DNA of 64,000 nt from an uncultured archaeon (GTDB taxonomy: Archaea; Asgardarchaeota; Lokiarchaeia; Sigyniarchaeales; SOKP01), in NCBI GenBank assembly GCA_964508365.1, contig CAZDTP010000004.1, positions 33,681-97,680 on the forward strand, in the 5' to 3' direction. Numbering within the stretch: the first letter of the stretch is position 1; every line of letters starts with the position of its first letter. The notes beneath the pieces are model-generated. The model saw only the letters and a program-made list of their open reading frames with translations. It had not been told where the DNA came from and did not search any database. Of this stretch, positions 18,301 to 28,515 are shown in pieces. The position numbers and the translations under genes are program-made.

Positions 18301-19776
18301 ATGACTGAAACAAAAAAAGGAAATTTGTACGAGAGGATTAGTAAAGAGGATGTGCTTAAAATATTAGAGGGGATATTTGGAAGTAAGAACGTAACAGATA
18401 AGTCGGTAGATTTATATCCCTATTCGTACGATATGACGGAATGTCAGCCTCATATGCCTGATTTCGTAGTAATTCCTGAAAATTCGGCACAACTAATAGA
18501 ATTGGTGAAATTTTGCAACAAGAATTCAATACCAATTGTACCTTACATATCTGGGAATAATGTAGGTGGTCTAACGATCCCAGAACATGGTGGTATCGTT
18601 GTCGATTTTGGGAAGAAAATGAATAAAATTCTTCACATCAATGAAAATATGATGTATGCTCTCCTAGAACCGGGAGTTACCTTCGGAGAACTAAAAAAAC
18701 ATTTAGACGAAAAGTATCCACATCTAAAATATAGTTACCCGTTCGCTCCACCTTACGCCGGAGTTGTTGGAAATGTAATTCTGAGTGGCATGAACAATCT
18801 TTCGTGTAAATTAGGCTCAATGGGTGATTCTATTAATGGTCTGGAAGTTATTACTGCTGATGGGGAACTTGTTCGAATTGGTTCTTGTTTTTATGGAAAA
18901 GACGAAGCGGATAAAGATAGTTGGTGGAGTAGGTATCCAATGCCAGACTTAATGGGCTTATTTATAAACTGGCAAGGAATGTCAGGGTTAGTAACTAAGT
19001 GTGCAGTTCAATTATGGCCCAATCCTCCCTTTCAAAAAACCTATCTTGGAATCGTTTTTGGTTTACCAGATATCGCACCGGTTATGAGAGAAGTTGGAAG
19101 GACAGAAATTGTAGATGACATTTCAGCGGTGAGCATTGAAGTAGTAAAGATGACAATAGAACTTCCAGAGCCTAAAAAAATACCAGGTGAACCCGATTTT
19201 GCTGCGCTCTTTTCTATTTCTGGCAGAACAGAAAATTTGTTCAGGGCAAAAGAAGAATATTTAAAATTAACTATAGAAAATCTGAAAAAACAAGGGATTA
19301 AAATTCTTCTCGTAGATGTTGACGAGTTTAGCAAACTATTTAGTTTAAGAGTAAGATGCCATTTGGATTTACCCGCAGTAATTCTATCGTTAGTAGAATA
19401 TTCTGGTCTAACATGGTTTGGATCCTATGCTCCTACACATAAACTCGAAGATTTGATTCCTAAGGTGAACGATTTATTTTTGAAATACAACGTTCCCCCA
19501 TTTATTTACATGAAAATCATGAAGCATTCTCATTACGGAATTTTTCGCCCGATCCTTCGATATAATAAATTCAAAGATGAGGATAAAATCCATAATCTAC
19601 TGAACGAAATTGCCGATCTATGTATCGCAGAGGGTTGTATCCCCTATAAAACGCCTGCTTGGATGACAGAAAAAATGCGAGAAGTAATTAATCCTGGTTG
19701 GCTAAAATTATTTGACAAAATTAAAAATTGCTTAGATAAAAACAATATTTTCAATCCCGGAAGGTGGAACACATAA
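18301..19776 (+). CDS. FAD-binding oxidoreductase (GlcD/VAO family)
   Basis: PDFVVIP...SGNNVGG...LEPGVT...NGLEVITADG...GLVTK...IFNPG. Confidence 0.88.
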   Translation: MTETKKGNLYERISKEDVLKILEGIFGSKNVTDKSVDLYPYSYDMTECQPHMPDFVVIPENSAQLIELVKFCNKNSIPIVPYISGNNVGGLTIPEHGGIVVDFGKKMNKILHINENMMYALLEPGVTFGELKKHLDEKYPHLKYSYPFAPPYAGVVGNVILSGMNNLSCKLGSMGDSINGLEVITADGELVRIGSCFYGKDEADKDSWWSRYPMPDLMGLFINWQGMSGLVTKCAVQLWPNPPFQKTYLGIVFGLPDIAPVMREVGRTEIVDDISAVSIEVVKMTIELPEPKKIPGEPDFAALFSISGRTENLFRAKEEYLKLTIENLKKQGIKILLVDVDEFSKLFSLRVRCHLDLPAVILSLVEYSGLTWFGSYAPTHKLEDLIPKVNDLFLKYNVPPFIYMKIMKHSHYGIFRPILRYNKFKDEDKIHNLLNEIADLCIAEGCIPYKTPAWMTEKMREVINPGWLKLFDKIKNCLDKNNIFNPGRWNT

Positions 19777-19904
19777 ATTGTTAAATTTTTTCTAATTAAA
19801 AATTTAGAAAATGAGATTCGATCGTTAAATAAGAAATAAAAGAGAAAGATAAAAATTACTTTTAAAAATTCTGTTAATTTATTCAAATAAAGGTGATATA
19901 TTAA

Positions 19905-20936
19905 ATGATAGAAACAAATATTACAAAAATGTTTGGGATAAAACATCCTATATTTAGCGCTCCAATGGGTCCCTTTTTTACCCGCGATTTAGCCCTTGCT
20001 GTCAGTGAGGCTGGTGGTTTAGGAGTGTTATCAAACGTTAACATCATCGGCACAGATCCCGTTGACGAACATAAGGCAAGCCTTGAATATATGATTGAAC
20101 ATACTGACAAGCCATTCGGACTTAATATCCTTACATCTCGGAATAATCCTGGAGTGAGACAAATGGTTAGATCATTACCAAGAATAGTCATGGGTAATGT
20201 AAGAATGCGAGATCAATGTAAATATTGGCTAACTTCTGCAGGTTCTTCAAAAATTCTTGCAGAATCGAAAAGTTTTCAAGAATTAAGAGAAAATTCAGAA
20301 GTTAAGCACTTTCATGTAGCTCCAGCTGTATGGTTGGCTCAAAAGTGTGTAGATTCAGGAGTGGATGGAATAGTGGTAACTGGTACTGAAGGTGGAGGGC
20401 ATCAATCATATGAGAGAGTCAGTACTCTTGTTTTACTCCAACAGATTAATAAGAACTTCCCTGATTTACCAAAGATTGCTTGTGGGGGTTTTGCTACTGG
20501 CGAATCTTTAGCTGCGGCAATTTCTTTAGGTGCAGGAGCAATAGCAATGGGATCAAGATTTATAGCTTCTAAGCAGAGTGAATTTCATGAAAAATACAAA
20601 GCGTTAATTCCTCCGGGTAGCCCGCAAGATACGGGGCTCTATACTGGATCTTTCGGACCTATTCGCTTGTATAAAAACGAATATGCATTATCGCATCCCG
20701 CACCTAGCAGTAAAGAAGAAATGATCGCTTACGAAAATTCTATATCTCCAGAACAAAGAGTAAAAGATTTAGGTGCCTATGACAGGGTATATAACGGAGA
20801 TATTGATACTGGGGCTGTTCTACTAGGTCAATCAATAGGAATTATTGATAGTATAGACAATGTCAATGATATTATTGAACGGATAATAAATAAGGCTGAA
20901 ACTGTTATCAGAAGGAATAACTCTATGTTGAAATAA
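19905..20936 (+). CDS. Nitronate monooxygenase / FabK-like FMN-dependent enoyl reductase
   Basis: HPIFSAPMG, AVSEAGGLG, GTEGGGH, IACGG and MGSRFIAS; GGTGA RBS upstream. Confidence 0.88.
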   Translation: MIETNITKMFGIKHPIFSAPMGPFFTRDLALAVSEAGGLGVLSNVNIIGTDPVDEHKASLEYMIEHTDKPFGLNILTSRNNPGVRQMVRSLPRIVMGNVRMRDQCKYWLTSAGSSKILAESKSFQELRENSEVKHFHVAPAVWLAQKCVDSGVDGIVVTGTEGGGHQSYERVSTLVLLQQINKNFPDLPKIACGGFATGESLAAAISLGAGAIAMGSRFIASKQSEFHEKYKALIPPGSPQDTGLYTGSFGPIRLYKNEYALSHPAPSSKEEMIAYENSISPEQRVKDLGAYDRVYNGDIDTGAVLLGQSIGIIDSIDNVNDIIERIINKAETVIRRNNSMLK

Positions 20937-21026
20937 GACCCTATGTATACTTAATATAACCGATTTTATAATTTCTTTATAAATTGAACTAAAATTTGAT
21001 TTATTTGAACGAACAAATATTGGAGA

Positions 21027-21491
21027 ATGAATATTCTTAATATCGAATATCCAGATGATTTAATTTCCTTATCATTGAAGACTGTTTTCATTTCGAGGAA
21101 AGATGATAGGAAATTTATAAAACACGCGAAAGATTGGAATAAAAAAATCGTGCTTCACATCGAGCCATTCTATCCAGTGACAGTAGTCTTTGACGGTAGC
21201 GATATAAAATTTGAAAGGAAAGAATACCCTAACCCAGACATGAAGGTTAAAATTCATATCAACACCATGCTTGATATCGCCAATGATTGATTAAACCCAT
21301 TTTTTGCAATAGAAGAAGGGAAAAGGGAAATTGAAGGTTTGGGTGAAGATAGCGAAAAAATTCTGCGGTTTTATAATATTTTTGTAGTGTCTATGCAGAT
21401 GGTCGCTTAAGAGCCTAATGTGAATTACTATGAAATAAATAAAAATATTTTGTTTCTAACACTTCAATTTCCCAGACACAAAACTGAATAG
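21027..21491 (+). pseudogene. SCP2-domain pseudogene (paralog of 17860..18282)
   Basis: Reading through TGA 21288-21290 and TAA 21408-21410 gives ...MLDIAND*LNPFFAIEEGK...SMQMVA*EPNVNYYEINK. The intact paralog reads LLDLAYGRVGP...SMQMVASEPNNNYYELNK. Confidence 0.85.
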
Positions 21492-21527
21492 TATTAAAAT
21501 ACAAAAAATAACAGGGGTGTAATAAAA

Positions 21528-22931
21528 ATGGAGAAAAAAAGTAATAATATTAAAAATTTATTTGTAATTAGGTATTCTAGTGAGGATATTCAAGAATGGA
21601 AAGATTTATTTGAGAAACTTGGTAGTTTTAGAGCCATAAGTCGTTATTTGCGTGATCGAAATGATGGAAGAGGTCCTTCTGCACCAACGATTATATCACA
21701 TTTAAAAAACAAATTTTGTCAAGAGGGAGAAGATTTTGATGATTGGATTAATCAGAATAGGAAAGGATATTCCGATGATGAGATTCAAGAATGGAAAAAG
21801 TTATACGAGCGTTTAGGTAGCTTTAGAGCGGTATGTAGACATATACGCAAAAAAAATAATAATCCAAACCTTTATTCATCTACAGTTGCTAATAGAATAA
21901 AAACTAAATCTTACAGAGAAAATTGGAATTTTGACAAATGGGTTAACAAATTTAAGAAAGGGTATTCTAGCGAGGATATTCAAGAATGGAAAGAATTATT
22001 TGAGCAGTTGGGAAGTTTTAGAGCAGTAAGTAGATTGATACGGGAAAAAAAAAGCAAAAAAAGTCCTAATGCTTCTATCGTTCATTATCGTTTAAAGAAA
22101 TTGTTTCAGTCAGATGAAAAAAATTTTAATAGATGGGTTGAGAAATTTTCACGAGTTGATGAAATATTGAAACAACAACATTATTCCCGGAAGGAAATGC
22201 AGGAATGGGAAAATTTATTTGAGCAACTTGGTAGTTTTAGTGCAATTAGTAAATATTTCAATTATCAAGAGGGGAAAAGTGCTGTTACATCAACAATTAT
22301 AAAGAATTTACGAAAGAAATTTAAAAAAGAAGACAGAAATTTTACCGAATGGGTAAACGAGTATTTTTCACCAGAATCAGGGATTGCTTCGAATATTGGT
22401 AGATTTGTACATAATGTTTTAGAGTTGTTGTTCATAAAATTTTGTTTAAAAAATGATTTAGATGCTTTTTATGAAGTAAGTTATGACAATGTAATTATTA
22501 GTCCAGATGAAGAAATCAAATTAATTATTATAGATTATACCATTGCAAACGATATGAGGAAAATAGTTGATAAATGTTTTAGAGGATATCATGGACCAGA
22601 AAAAAAGTTGATTATTGTTGTTTTTCTTTCAGATAAAATTATTACTCTCCCAAAGAATAGAAATATTCCATTTATTGAAAATATTGAAATTTTAAATGCT
22701 AAAGAATTTGCTAGTTTTATGGGATATACAGGAAAAGATCTATATTTGTATGAATATATTCGATATTTAGGACGAAAAGCTTTTTATGATAATAACGCAT
22801 ATGAAGAATTAGAAGAATTAAGCAGAAATGCCCTAAATGATTTAAACAGACTTGCAATAAAATATTCCTTTCGAAAAGAAGATTTTGAACGATTTATCTC
22901 ATTAAAAGGGTTGGGTTATTTATTTGAATAA
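21528..22931 (+). CDS. Protein with four tandem ~65-aa HTH-like repeats and a putative C-terminal restriction-endonuclease-fold domain
   Basis: Repeats YSxEDIQEWKxLFExLGSFRA... are seen directly. The C-terminus GRFVHNVLE...YE..YDN...IDYT...K...Y...KKLIIV is PD-(D/E)xK-like by inference. Confidence 0.6.
   Translation: MEKKSNNIKNLFVIRYSSEDIQEWKDLFEKLGSFRAISRYLRDRNDGRGPSAPTIISHLKNKFCQEGEDFDDWINQNRKGYSDDEIQEWKKLYERLGSFRAVCRHIRKKNNNPNLYSSTVANRIKTKSYRENWNFDKWVNKFKKGYSSEDIQEWKELFEQLGSFRAVSRLIREKKSKKSPNASIVHYRLKKLFQSDEKNFNRWVEKFSRVDEILKQQHYSRKEMQEWENLFEQLGSFSAISKYFNYQEGKSAVTSTIIKNLRKKFKKEDRNFTEWVNEYFSPESGIASNIGRFVHNVLELLFIKFCLKNDLDAFYEVSYDNVIISPDEEIKLIIIDYTIANDMRKIVDKCFRGYHGPEKKLIIVVFLSDKIITLPKNRNIPFIENIEILNAKEFASFMGYTGKDLYLYEYIRYLGRKAFYDNNAYEELEELSRNALNDLNRLAIKYSFRKEDFERFISLKGLGYLFE
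21573..22377 (+). repeat. Intragenic tandem repeat, 4 units (195, 195, 219 bp spacing)
   Basis: Unit-start Tyr codons at 21573, 21768, 21963 and 22182. Units 1 and 3 share near-identical DNA (ggtattctag(t/c)gaggatattcaagaatggaaaga). Confidence 0.9.
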
Positions 22932-22936
22932 AAAGG

Positions 22937-24130
22937 ATGGTTAAAATGACAGAAATAAAGATACCGGATGAGATAATAGGAAAACAATTTTTAGAACTTT
23001 CATTTGAAAGATGCATTAAGTGCAGTACGTGTAAGTACAGTTATAAGGACTTCGAAAAATCGTGCCCGAGTGGAGAAAAATTCCTATTCGAATCGTATTG
23101 GGCATCAGGACGAATAAGAACTATCAGAGGTCTACTGTTGGGAGATTTGGAATGGACGGAGGATTTAATAGATCCTATATTTGCTTGCACAACTTGTGGA
23201 GCATGTATGGACGCTTGCCAAGCACCTCACGCTGATTATATAGTTGATATGATAGAAGCACTTCGAGAATTAGCCGTTCAACATATTGGTCCTGCGAAAA
23301 ATCAAGAACTGCTCGTATCGCGTTGCAATGAGCATTGCAATCCATATGGAGAAGAGAATTCTACGAATGAAGATTTAAAAACAAAATATAATCTTCCAGA
23401 CAAAGCTGAATGGGTGTATTTTATAGGTTGTACATCAAATTATCGGCAGCAGTCACTTAGAGATGCAACCCTAAGATTTTTAAAGAAAGCGGGGATAGAT
23501 TTTACTTTAATTGATGAGCATTGTTGTACAAGCCCGATGATTCGAACAGGTCAGTTATCTATCGTAAATGAATACATGAACTACAATAATACGGAAATTA
23601 AAAAAGCTGGAGCAAGTAAGGTGATTACCAGTTGTGCTGGATGTTATAGAACCTTGAGAAAGGATTTTGAAAAATATGGTGTGAAGCATGATTTTGAAGT
23701 ATACCATTCACTTGAGTTAGTGAAGAATCTCTTAGACGAAAAAAAGATAGAATTTAAATCTGAATATAATAAAACCGTTACCTACCACGATCCGTGCCAT
23801 CTGGGAAGGCATATGGGAATCTATGAGTTACCAAGAGAGGTTTACAAACAGATACCTGGATTAAATTTAGTAGAAATGAAAAGAAATCGAAATTTTGCAT
23901 GGTGTTGCGGTGCGGGTGGCGGTGTGAAAATAGGATATCCTAATTGGGCTCTTGAGATTTCAAAAGACCGACTTGAAGAAGCAAAAGAGACAGAAGCTAC
24001 TGTAATTTCTTCTACTTGTCCATTTTGCAAAACTAATTTAAATGATGCGAATGTAAAATATAATTTTGACTTCCAAGTTTTAGATTTGATGGAGATATTA
24101 GATCAAATTGAAATAGAAGTTAAGAATTGA
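22937..24130 (+). CDS. GlcF/HdrD-like Fe-S oxidoreductase with two CCG domains
   Basis: CIKCSTC, CTTCGACMDAC, EHCC, TSCAGC, YHDPCHLGR, WCCGAGGG and STCPFC. Confidence 0.88.
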   Translation: MVKMTEIKIPDEIIGKQFLELSFERCIKCSTCKYSYKDFEKSCPSGEKFLFESYWASGRIRTIRGLLLGDLEWTEDLIDPIFACTTCGACMDACQAPHADYIVDMIEALRELAVQHIGPAKNQELLVSRCNEHCNPYGEENSTNEDLKTKYNLPDKAEWVYFIGCTSNYRQQSLRDATLRFLKKAGIDFTLIDEHCCTSPMIRTGQLSIVNEYMNYNNTEIKKAGASKVITSCAGCYRTLRKDFEKYGVKHDFEVYHSLELVKNLLDEKKIEFKSEYNKTVTYHDPCHLGRHMGIYELPREVYKQIPGLNLVEMKRNRNFAWCCGAGGGVKIGYPNWALEISKDRLEEAKETEATVISSTCPFCKTNLNDANVKYNFDFQVLDLMEILDQIEIEVKN

Positions 24131-24160
24131 ATAATATTTTAAATTTAAAACTACATTTAA

Positions 24161-25441
24161 ATGGTTATTATGACCAAAATTGAACCAATAGATAAAAGTT
24201 TTTATTCAGCTTTTAATAAAGATGCTTGTACTGTTTGTGGTGAGTGTTTCCATAGATGCCCGATTATGGAGCTCACTATAGAAGAATCTGTTAGGGAGAT
24301 GAAAAAACTACTCGATGGTGAACCAACTAAAAGAGTACTGACAGAATGCCAAAGTTGTTACTCATGTAATTTTTACTGTCCTGAAAATGCTTATCCTGCT
24401 AGTTTAGTTCTACAACGCTGGAATGAACAGTATAAAAAAGAAGGTTTAAAAAAAAGAGGTAAATTTTATATGACCTTTTATCCTCATTATCCCAATTTTC
24501 GTTCTTATGTTATGGAACATTTGCCTGAGAAAACAATAGATTTAGTAAAAAACTGGGTGTCTTTAGAACCATTAGCAGGAGATACTCTAACCTACCCGGG
24601 ATGTAATGTGATTACATTTGCGGAACTAACTCAAGCGTCATTTTTTACCGACCTTGATATTCGAGGTAGATTGGAATATTGTTGTGGGGAAACTTTATTT
24701 CGAACGGGATACCGAGATGAATTATATCAAGTCACCAAAAGATTAGATAAATGGTTTAATATTCTGAAACCTAAGAAATTATTAGTTCTGTGTACTGCTG
24801 GAACTAACATGTTTAAGAATATTTTACCGCATTATGGATTAACTTACAAATTTGAAGAGATAAAATCATATATAGAATATTTATGGGAAAAACTTGAAAA
24901 TGGAGAGATTCAAATTAAGAATAAACTCAATATGACTATGACTATTCAAGACTCATGTTATTCTAAAATGTTTGGAGATGATTACATGGATTTACCACGC
25001 AAAATTTTAACCAAAATCGGAGTTAAAGTTATTGAAACAAATGCTTGTAGAGAAAATATGAGATGTTGCGGTATAGGTGCTGGTTTCTCAGTAGATTCTG
25101 CGTACCAACCGTTTAAGATCCGAAGTTCCACGCTTCGTAATTTTAAAGATATCAAAAAGACAAAAAGTGATGCGGTATGTGTTTATTGTGCTGGATGTTT
25201 AGCAACCTTCACAGCAAATAAAAAACTTTACTTTAAAAAATTAAAAGTATATCACATTATTGAGCTTATACAAATGGCAATCGGAGAAAAACCTTGTTTG
25301 ACTAAAAAAGCGAAAAAGAAAAGAGCAAAACATTTTTTCTGGGGAACCATGAAAAAGCAAGTCCCCATGATCAATTCGAAAGACACCTTTCAGTTAGCAG
25401 ATATTCCAGAAGACCCCCCATCATATGAGGAAGCGTGGTAA
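24161..25441 (+). CDS. Fe-S / CCG-domain oxidoreductase
   Basis: CTVCGECFHRC, CQSCYSCNFYC, YPGC, EYCCG, QDSC, RCCG and YCAGC. Confidence 0.85.
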   Translation: MVIMTKIEPIDKSFYSAFNKDACTVCGECFHRCPIMELTIEESVREMKKLLDGEPTKRVLTECQSCYSCNFYCPENAYPASLVLQRWNEQYKKEGLKKRGKFYMTFYPHYPNFRSYVMEHLPEKTIDLVKNWVSLEPLAGDTLTYPGCNVITFAELTQASFFTDLDIRGRLEYCCGETLFRTGYRDELYQVTKRLDKWFNILKPKKLLVLCTAGTNMFKNILPHYGLTYKFEEIKSYIEYLWEKLENGEIQIKNKLNMTMTIQDSCYSKMFGDDYMDLPRKILTKIGVKVIETNACRENMRCCGIGAGFSVDSAYQPFKIRSSTLRNFKDIKKTKSDAVCVYCAGCLATFTANKKLYFKKLKVYHIIELIQMAIGEKPCLTKKAKKKRAKHFFWGTMKKQVPMINSKDTFQLADIPEDPPSYEEAW

Positions 25442-26805
25442 GATTGACAATCGGAAAAAGGATTTCTGGGTTTAGAGAGGACCTATGTGATTTATGTGGA
25501 GAGTGTTTTCATCAATGTCCTGTTTTACAGCTCTCAATTGAAGAATCAAAACAAGAAATGCAGAGATTAATTGACGGAAAAGAATCTAAGTATGTCCTCT
25601 CAAAATGTAATACTTGTTTAAGTTGTAACATTTATTGTCCTCAACAAGCAAACCCTTATCAATTAATTTTAGAACGATGGAACGATCTTTATAATAAAAG
25701 AGGTGCACCTCCACTTTATCGGTTTGTTTGTCCTACTGAAGAACCAAATATTTGGCAACTCCTAAATATATTTTTATCCGATCAAGAAAAAAAATGGGTT
25801 GATAACTGGATCAGCCACATCCCTAAAGCTAATGAGCATATTCTTTTAATAGGGAATTATACACATCTATTTCCCTTCGTTATTGGTGGAAGTGAGCTTT
25901 TAAAGTATTTTACACCTATCTCAAGGATCGATCAATGGGAAGGTGGGGCTTACTTATATCAAGGGGGATACTTAGACAATGTCCAAAGAATTGCTGCTCG
26001 ATGTGCTAAGGATTTTAACTCTTGGGGTGTAAAAAAAGTAACCCACACTCTAGATGCGGTGCATTACATCTTTTCAGAAGTGCATCCTAAAGAAATGTTA
26101 GTGAATCATACGCAAGAATTCATTAATTTTAATGAATGGATATTAAAACAGATAAATAATGGAACATTAAATTTGCCCAAAAAATTAGGTTTAACGATCA
26201 CTGTACATGATAATTGCTTTTCAAAAGCACTTGGTGGAGCATATTGGGATGTCCCACGCGAAATTTTGAAAAAATGTGGTTGTAACCTAAAAGAAATGAA
26301 ACATATTAAAAAAGATTCGCTATGTTGTGGGTTTGGTGCAGGAGCGTCGTGGGTTAAGAATATGTCTATTCCTTTTGACATTATATCAGAGGGTATAAAA
26401 AAGTTTAACGAAGCAGAAGAAACAGGAGCAGATGCATTAGTAACTTACTGTGGTGGTTGTCTTTATCTCTTATGGGCAACAAAGGAATTATTAGGTTACG
26501 ATATAGATCTTTATCATATTATAGAAATCGTCCGTATGGCTATGGGAGAGAAACTCCTCTACCCTAAAGCTCATAAAAAACGCGCTTGGGATATTATTAC
26601 AATAATTACTTATCAATTACTTGTTTCTATTGTTCAAACTAATTTTTTTATAAAAAAAATCACATATGATAAAGATATGAAAACATTTTGGCCTAAAAGA
26701 TATCTTGTTCTTAAGATCATTAGAGTATTGTTTAATGTCTCACCTATACGCAAAATGTATCGTAAAATGTTTGTGGTATTAATGCGGTTAATAAAAACCA
26801 GATAA
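25435..26805 (+). CDS. Fe-S / CCG-domain oxidoreductase, paralog of 24161 with degenerate first CCG site
   Basis: CDLCGECFHQC, CNTCLSCNIYC, HDNC, LCCG and YCGGC. The first CCG position reads DQWEGG. Overlaps the upstream stop. Confidence 0.85.
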   Translation: MVRLTIGKRISGFREDLCDLCGECFHQCPVLQLSIEESKQEMQRLIDGKESKYVLSKCNTCLSCNIYCPQQANPYQLILERWNDLYNKRGAPPLYRFVCPTEEPNIWQLLNIFLSDQEKKWVDNWISHIPKANEHILLIGNYTHLFPFVIGGSELLKYFTPISRIDQWEGGAYLYQGGYLDNVQRIAARCAKDFNSWGVKKVTHTLDAVHYIFSEVHPKEMLVNHTQEFINFNEWILKQINNGTLNLPKKLGLTITVHDNCFSKALGGAYWDVPREILKKCGCNLKEMKHIKKDSLCCGFGAGASWVKNMSIPFDIISEGIKKFNEAEETGADALVTYCGGCLYLLWATKELLGYDIDLYHIIEIVRMAMGEKLLYPKAHKKRAWDIITIITYQLLVSIVQTNFFIKKITYDKDMKTFWPKRYLVLKIIRVLFNVSPIRKMYRKMFVVLMRLIKTR

Positions 26806-26830
26806 AATCAAAAATGAGTTCAATTACTCA

Positions 26831-27049
26831 TTACCACGCAAAATGTTTAAGTATCGCATTAGTAGGACATGCGTCTTGGCAAGCTAAACATTCAATACAT
26901 TCAATAATATCTTCGGCAACAACTTTACCGTTTACAAGGCTATAGACCTCTGCGGGGCAAACACTTACACAATTCGCTGCTCCTACGCAGAGATCTAAAT
27001 CAACTTCTACCCAATTATCGCCATCTTCCCATCTTTTTACATTTACCAT
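26831..27049 (-). CDS. 2[4Fe-4S] ferredoxin
   Basis: CVGAANCVSVCP (second Cys replaced) and CIECLACQDACP. Confidence 0.88.
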   Translation of the reverse strand: MVNVKRWEDGDNWVEVDLDLCVGAANCVSVCPAEVYSLVNGKVVAEDIIECIECLACQDACPTNAILKHFAW

Positions 27050-27241
27050 ATTATTTCTTTAGTGTCTTTTTAATTTATATATAATTATGTTGGTTGCATC
27101 TGAAATTAAAGATTTATGTTTTTAGTTTGAAATCAGAGTTTTTCCTCTCTTTTTATTTTCATTAATATTATGAAGTATAATCGAAGTATTTTAATAAAGA
27201 AAGTAAGAAAAAAGAAGTAAAAATTTTAAAAATTTTATCAA

Positions 27242-28342
27242 CTAAGCACTTTGAGCGTTAGCATTTACACTGCCAGTTGATGTGCCTAATGAAAATAGAT
27301 ATCTATACATCGCATCTCCGTAGTTTAAAGTAGAGTAAACGCTTCCAAAACTTGTGATCTCCATAGTTGCATGAGGCGTGTAATTAATTGATCCTGTGCT
27401 AGTTGAGCTTATGAATCTAACATTAGTGTTGTTTAAATTGTCTCTATAAAGCACATCAATGCTTCCTGTGGAAGTTTTCCAACTACCAGTTACATTTGCG
27501 CCCATAGTTATATACTGATAAAGATCTGCATCAATACTACCTGTTGATGTCATAAGGTTTAAACTAATGTCTTTTGTGTATACCATATTGTAACTCTTAA
27601 AGTTCACACTGCCTGTGGAAACTGTCCCTATTAAGTTATCGCCCATTAGACAATTGGTATAGTTTAACGATAATGAGCCAGTTGATGTTAGAGCTCTAAA
27701 ACCACAAGTAAAATTTGTTTTAGCAGCAGAAGATTCTACACTACCCGTGCTAGTCTCGAGTCTAACTTTCCCTCGAAATTCGTTATTACCTAATATATTC
27801 AATTTGACTGAGCCTGTACTCGAAGTTAATGATGTTCCATTTAGGATAACACCATCGGAAACCTGCATTTCAATAGATCCTGTAGATGTTAAGGCTGTGA
27901 GATCGTATACTACATCTGTTCTTAATGTAACAGCGACAATGATGTTATAGGATTTAAACCAATGCGAAGGATCAAACCAAATGTCTGGTGAAGTTAGTAG
28001 ATTAAAAGTAGCAGTCGTATTGTCCCACCACTCTGTATTTGGATGAAAGAAATCCTCATAAGTCTTTCCTTCCATATACAAGCCCATAATTTCTATATCA
28101 ACATCGATTTTTGCATAATAGGTCGTTGGAGAATTATTATACTTTAAGAGAATTTTTCCGATATCAACATTGAAGGTAAGATCTTCTATAGGATCGGGAG
28201 AACTTGGTTCGTACTTAAAATTAAACGAATTTTCGATAACCCCTCTAGTTACGAAACCGTAGATAATGAATCCTAAACCACCACCAACAATAAGGACAAC
28301 AGCAACAATTAGCGCAATTTTATAATTTCTCATTTTTTTCAC
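27242..28342 (-). CDS. Membrane-anchored beta-solenoid protein (DUF4097/adhesin-like)
   Basis: Single N-terminal TM helix and nine STGS(V/I/L) repeats in the C-terminal half. Confidence 0.65.
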   Translation of the reverse strand: MKKMRNYKIALIVAVVLIVGGGLGFIIYGFVTRGVIENSFNFKYEPSSPDPIEDLTFNVDIGKILLKYNNSPTTYYAKIDVDIEIMGLYMEGKTYEDFFHPNTEWWDNTTATFNLLTSPDIWFDPSHWFKSYNIIVAVTLRTDVVYDLTALTSTGSIEMQVSDGVILNGTSLTSSTGSVKLNILGNNEFRGKVRLETSTGSVESSAAKTNFTCGFRALTSTGSLSLNYTNCLMGDNLIGTVSTGSVNFKSYNMVYTKDISLNLMTSTGSIDADLYQYITMGANVTGSWKTSTGSIDVLYRDNLNNTNVRFISSTSTGSINYTPHATMEITSFGSVYSTLNYGDAMYRYLFSLGTSTGSVNANAQSA

Positions 28343-28515
28343 ATTAATTTTGTTTTTTTTATTTGCTTTATAATGAAAATTTTTGGATTATATTTAAATG
28401 AAATTTAGACTGATTTTTATTACTAAATATAGTATTATAAAATATTAATGTAAAATTTGCATCTTTAACAGTGTTTTATTATGAGATTTCATAAATAAAA
28501 TAAAAAAAGAAGAAT

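Noticed and set aside
21288-21290. TGA read-through in the SCP2 paralog
   Set aside because: It aligns to Arg, and a TAA follows in frame, so this is nonsense decay.
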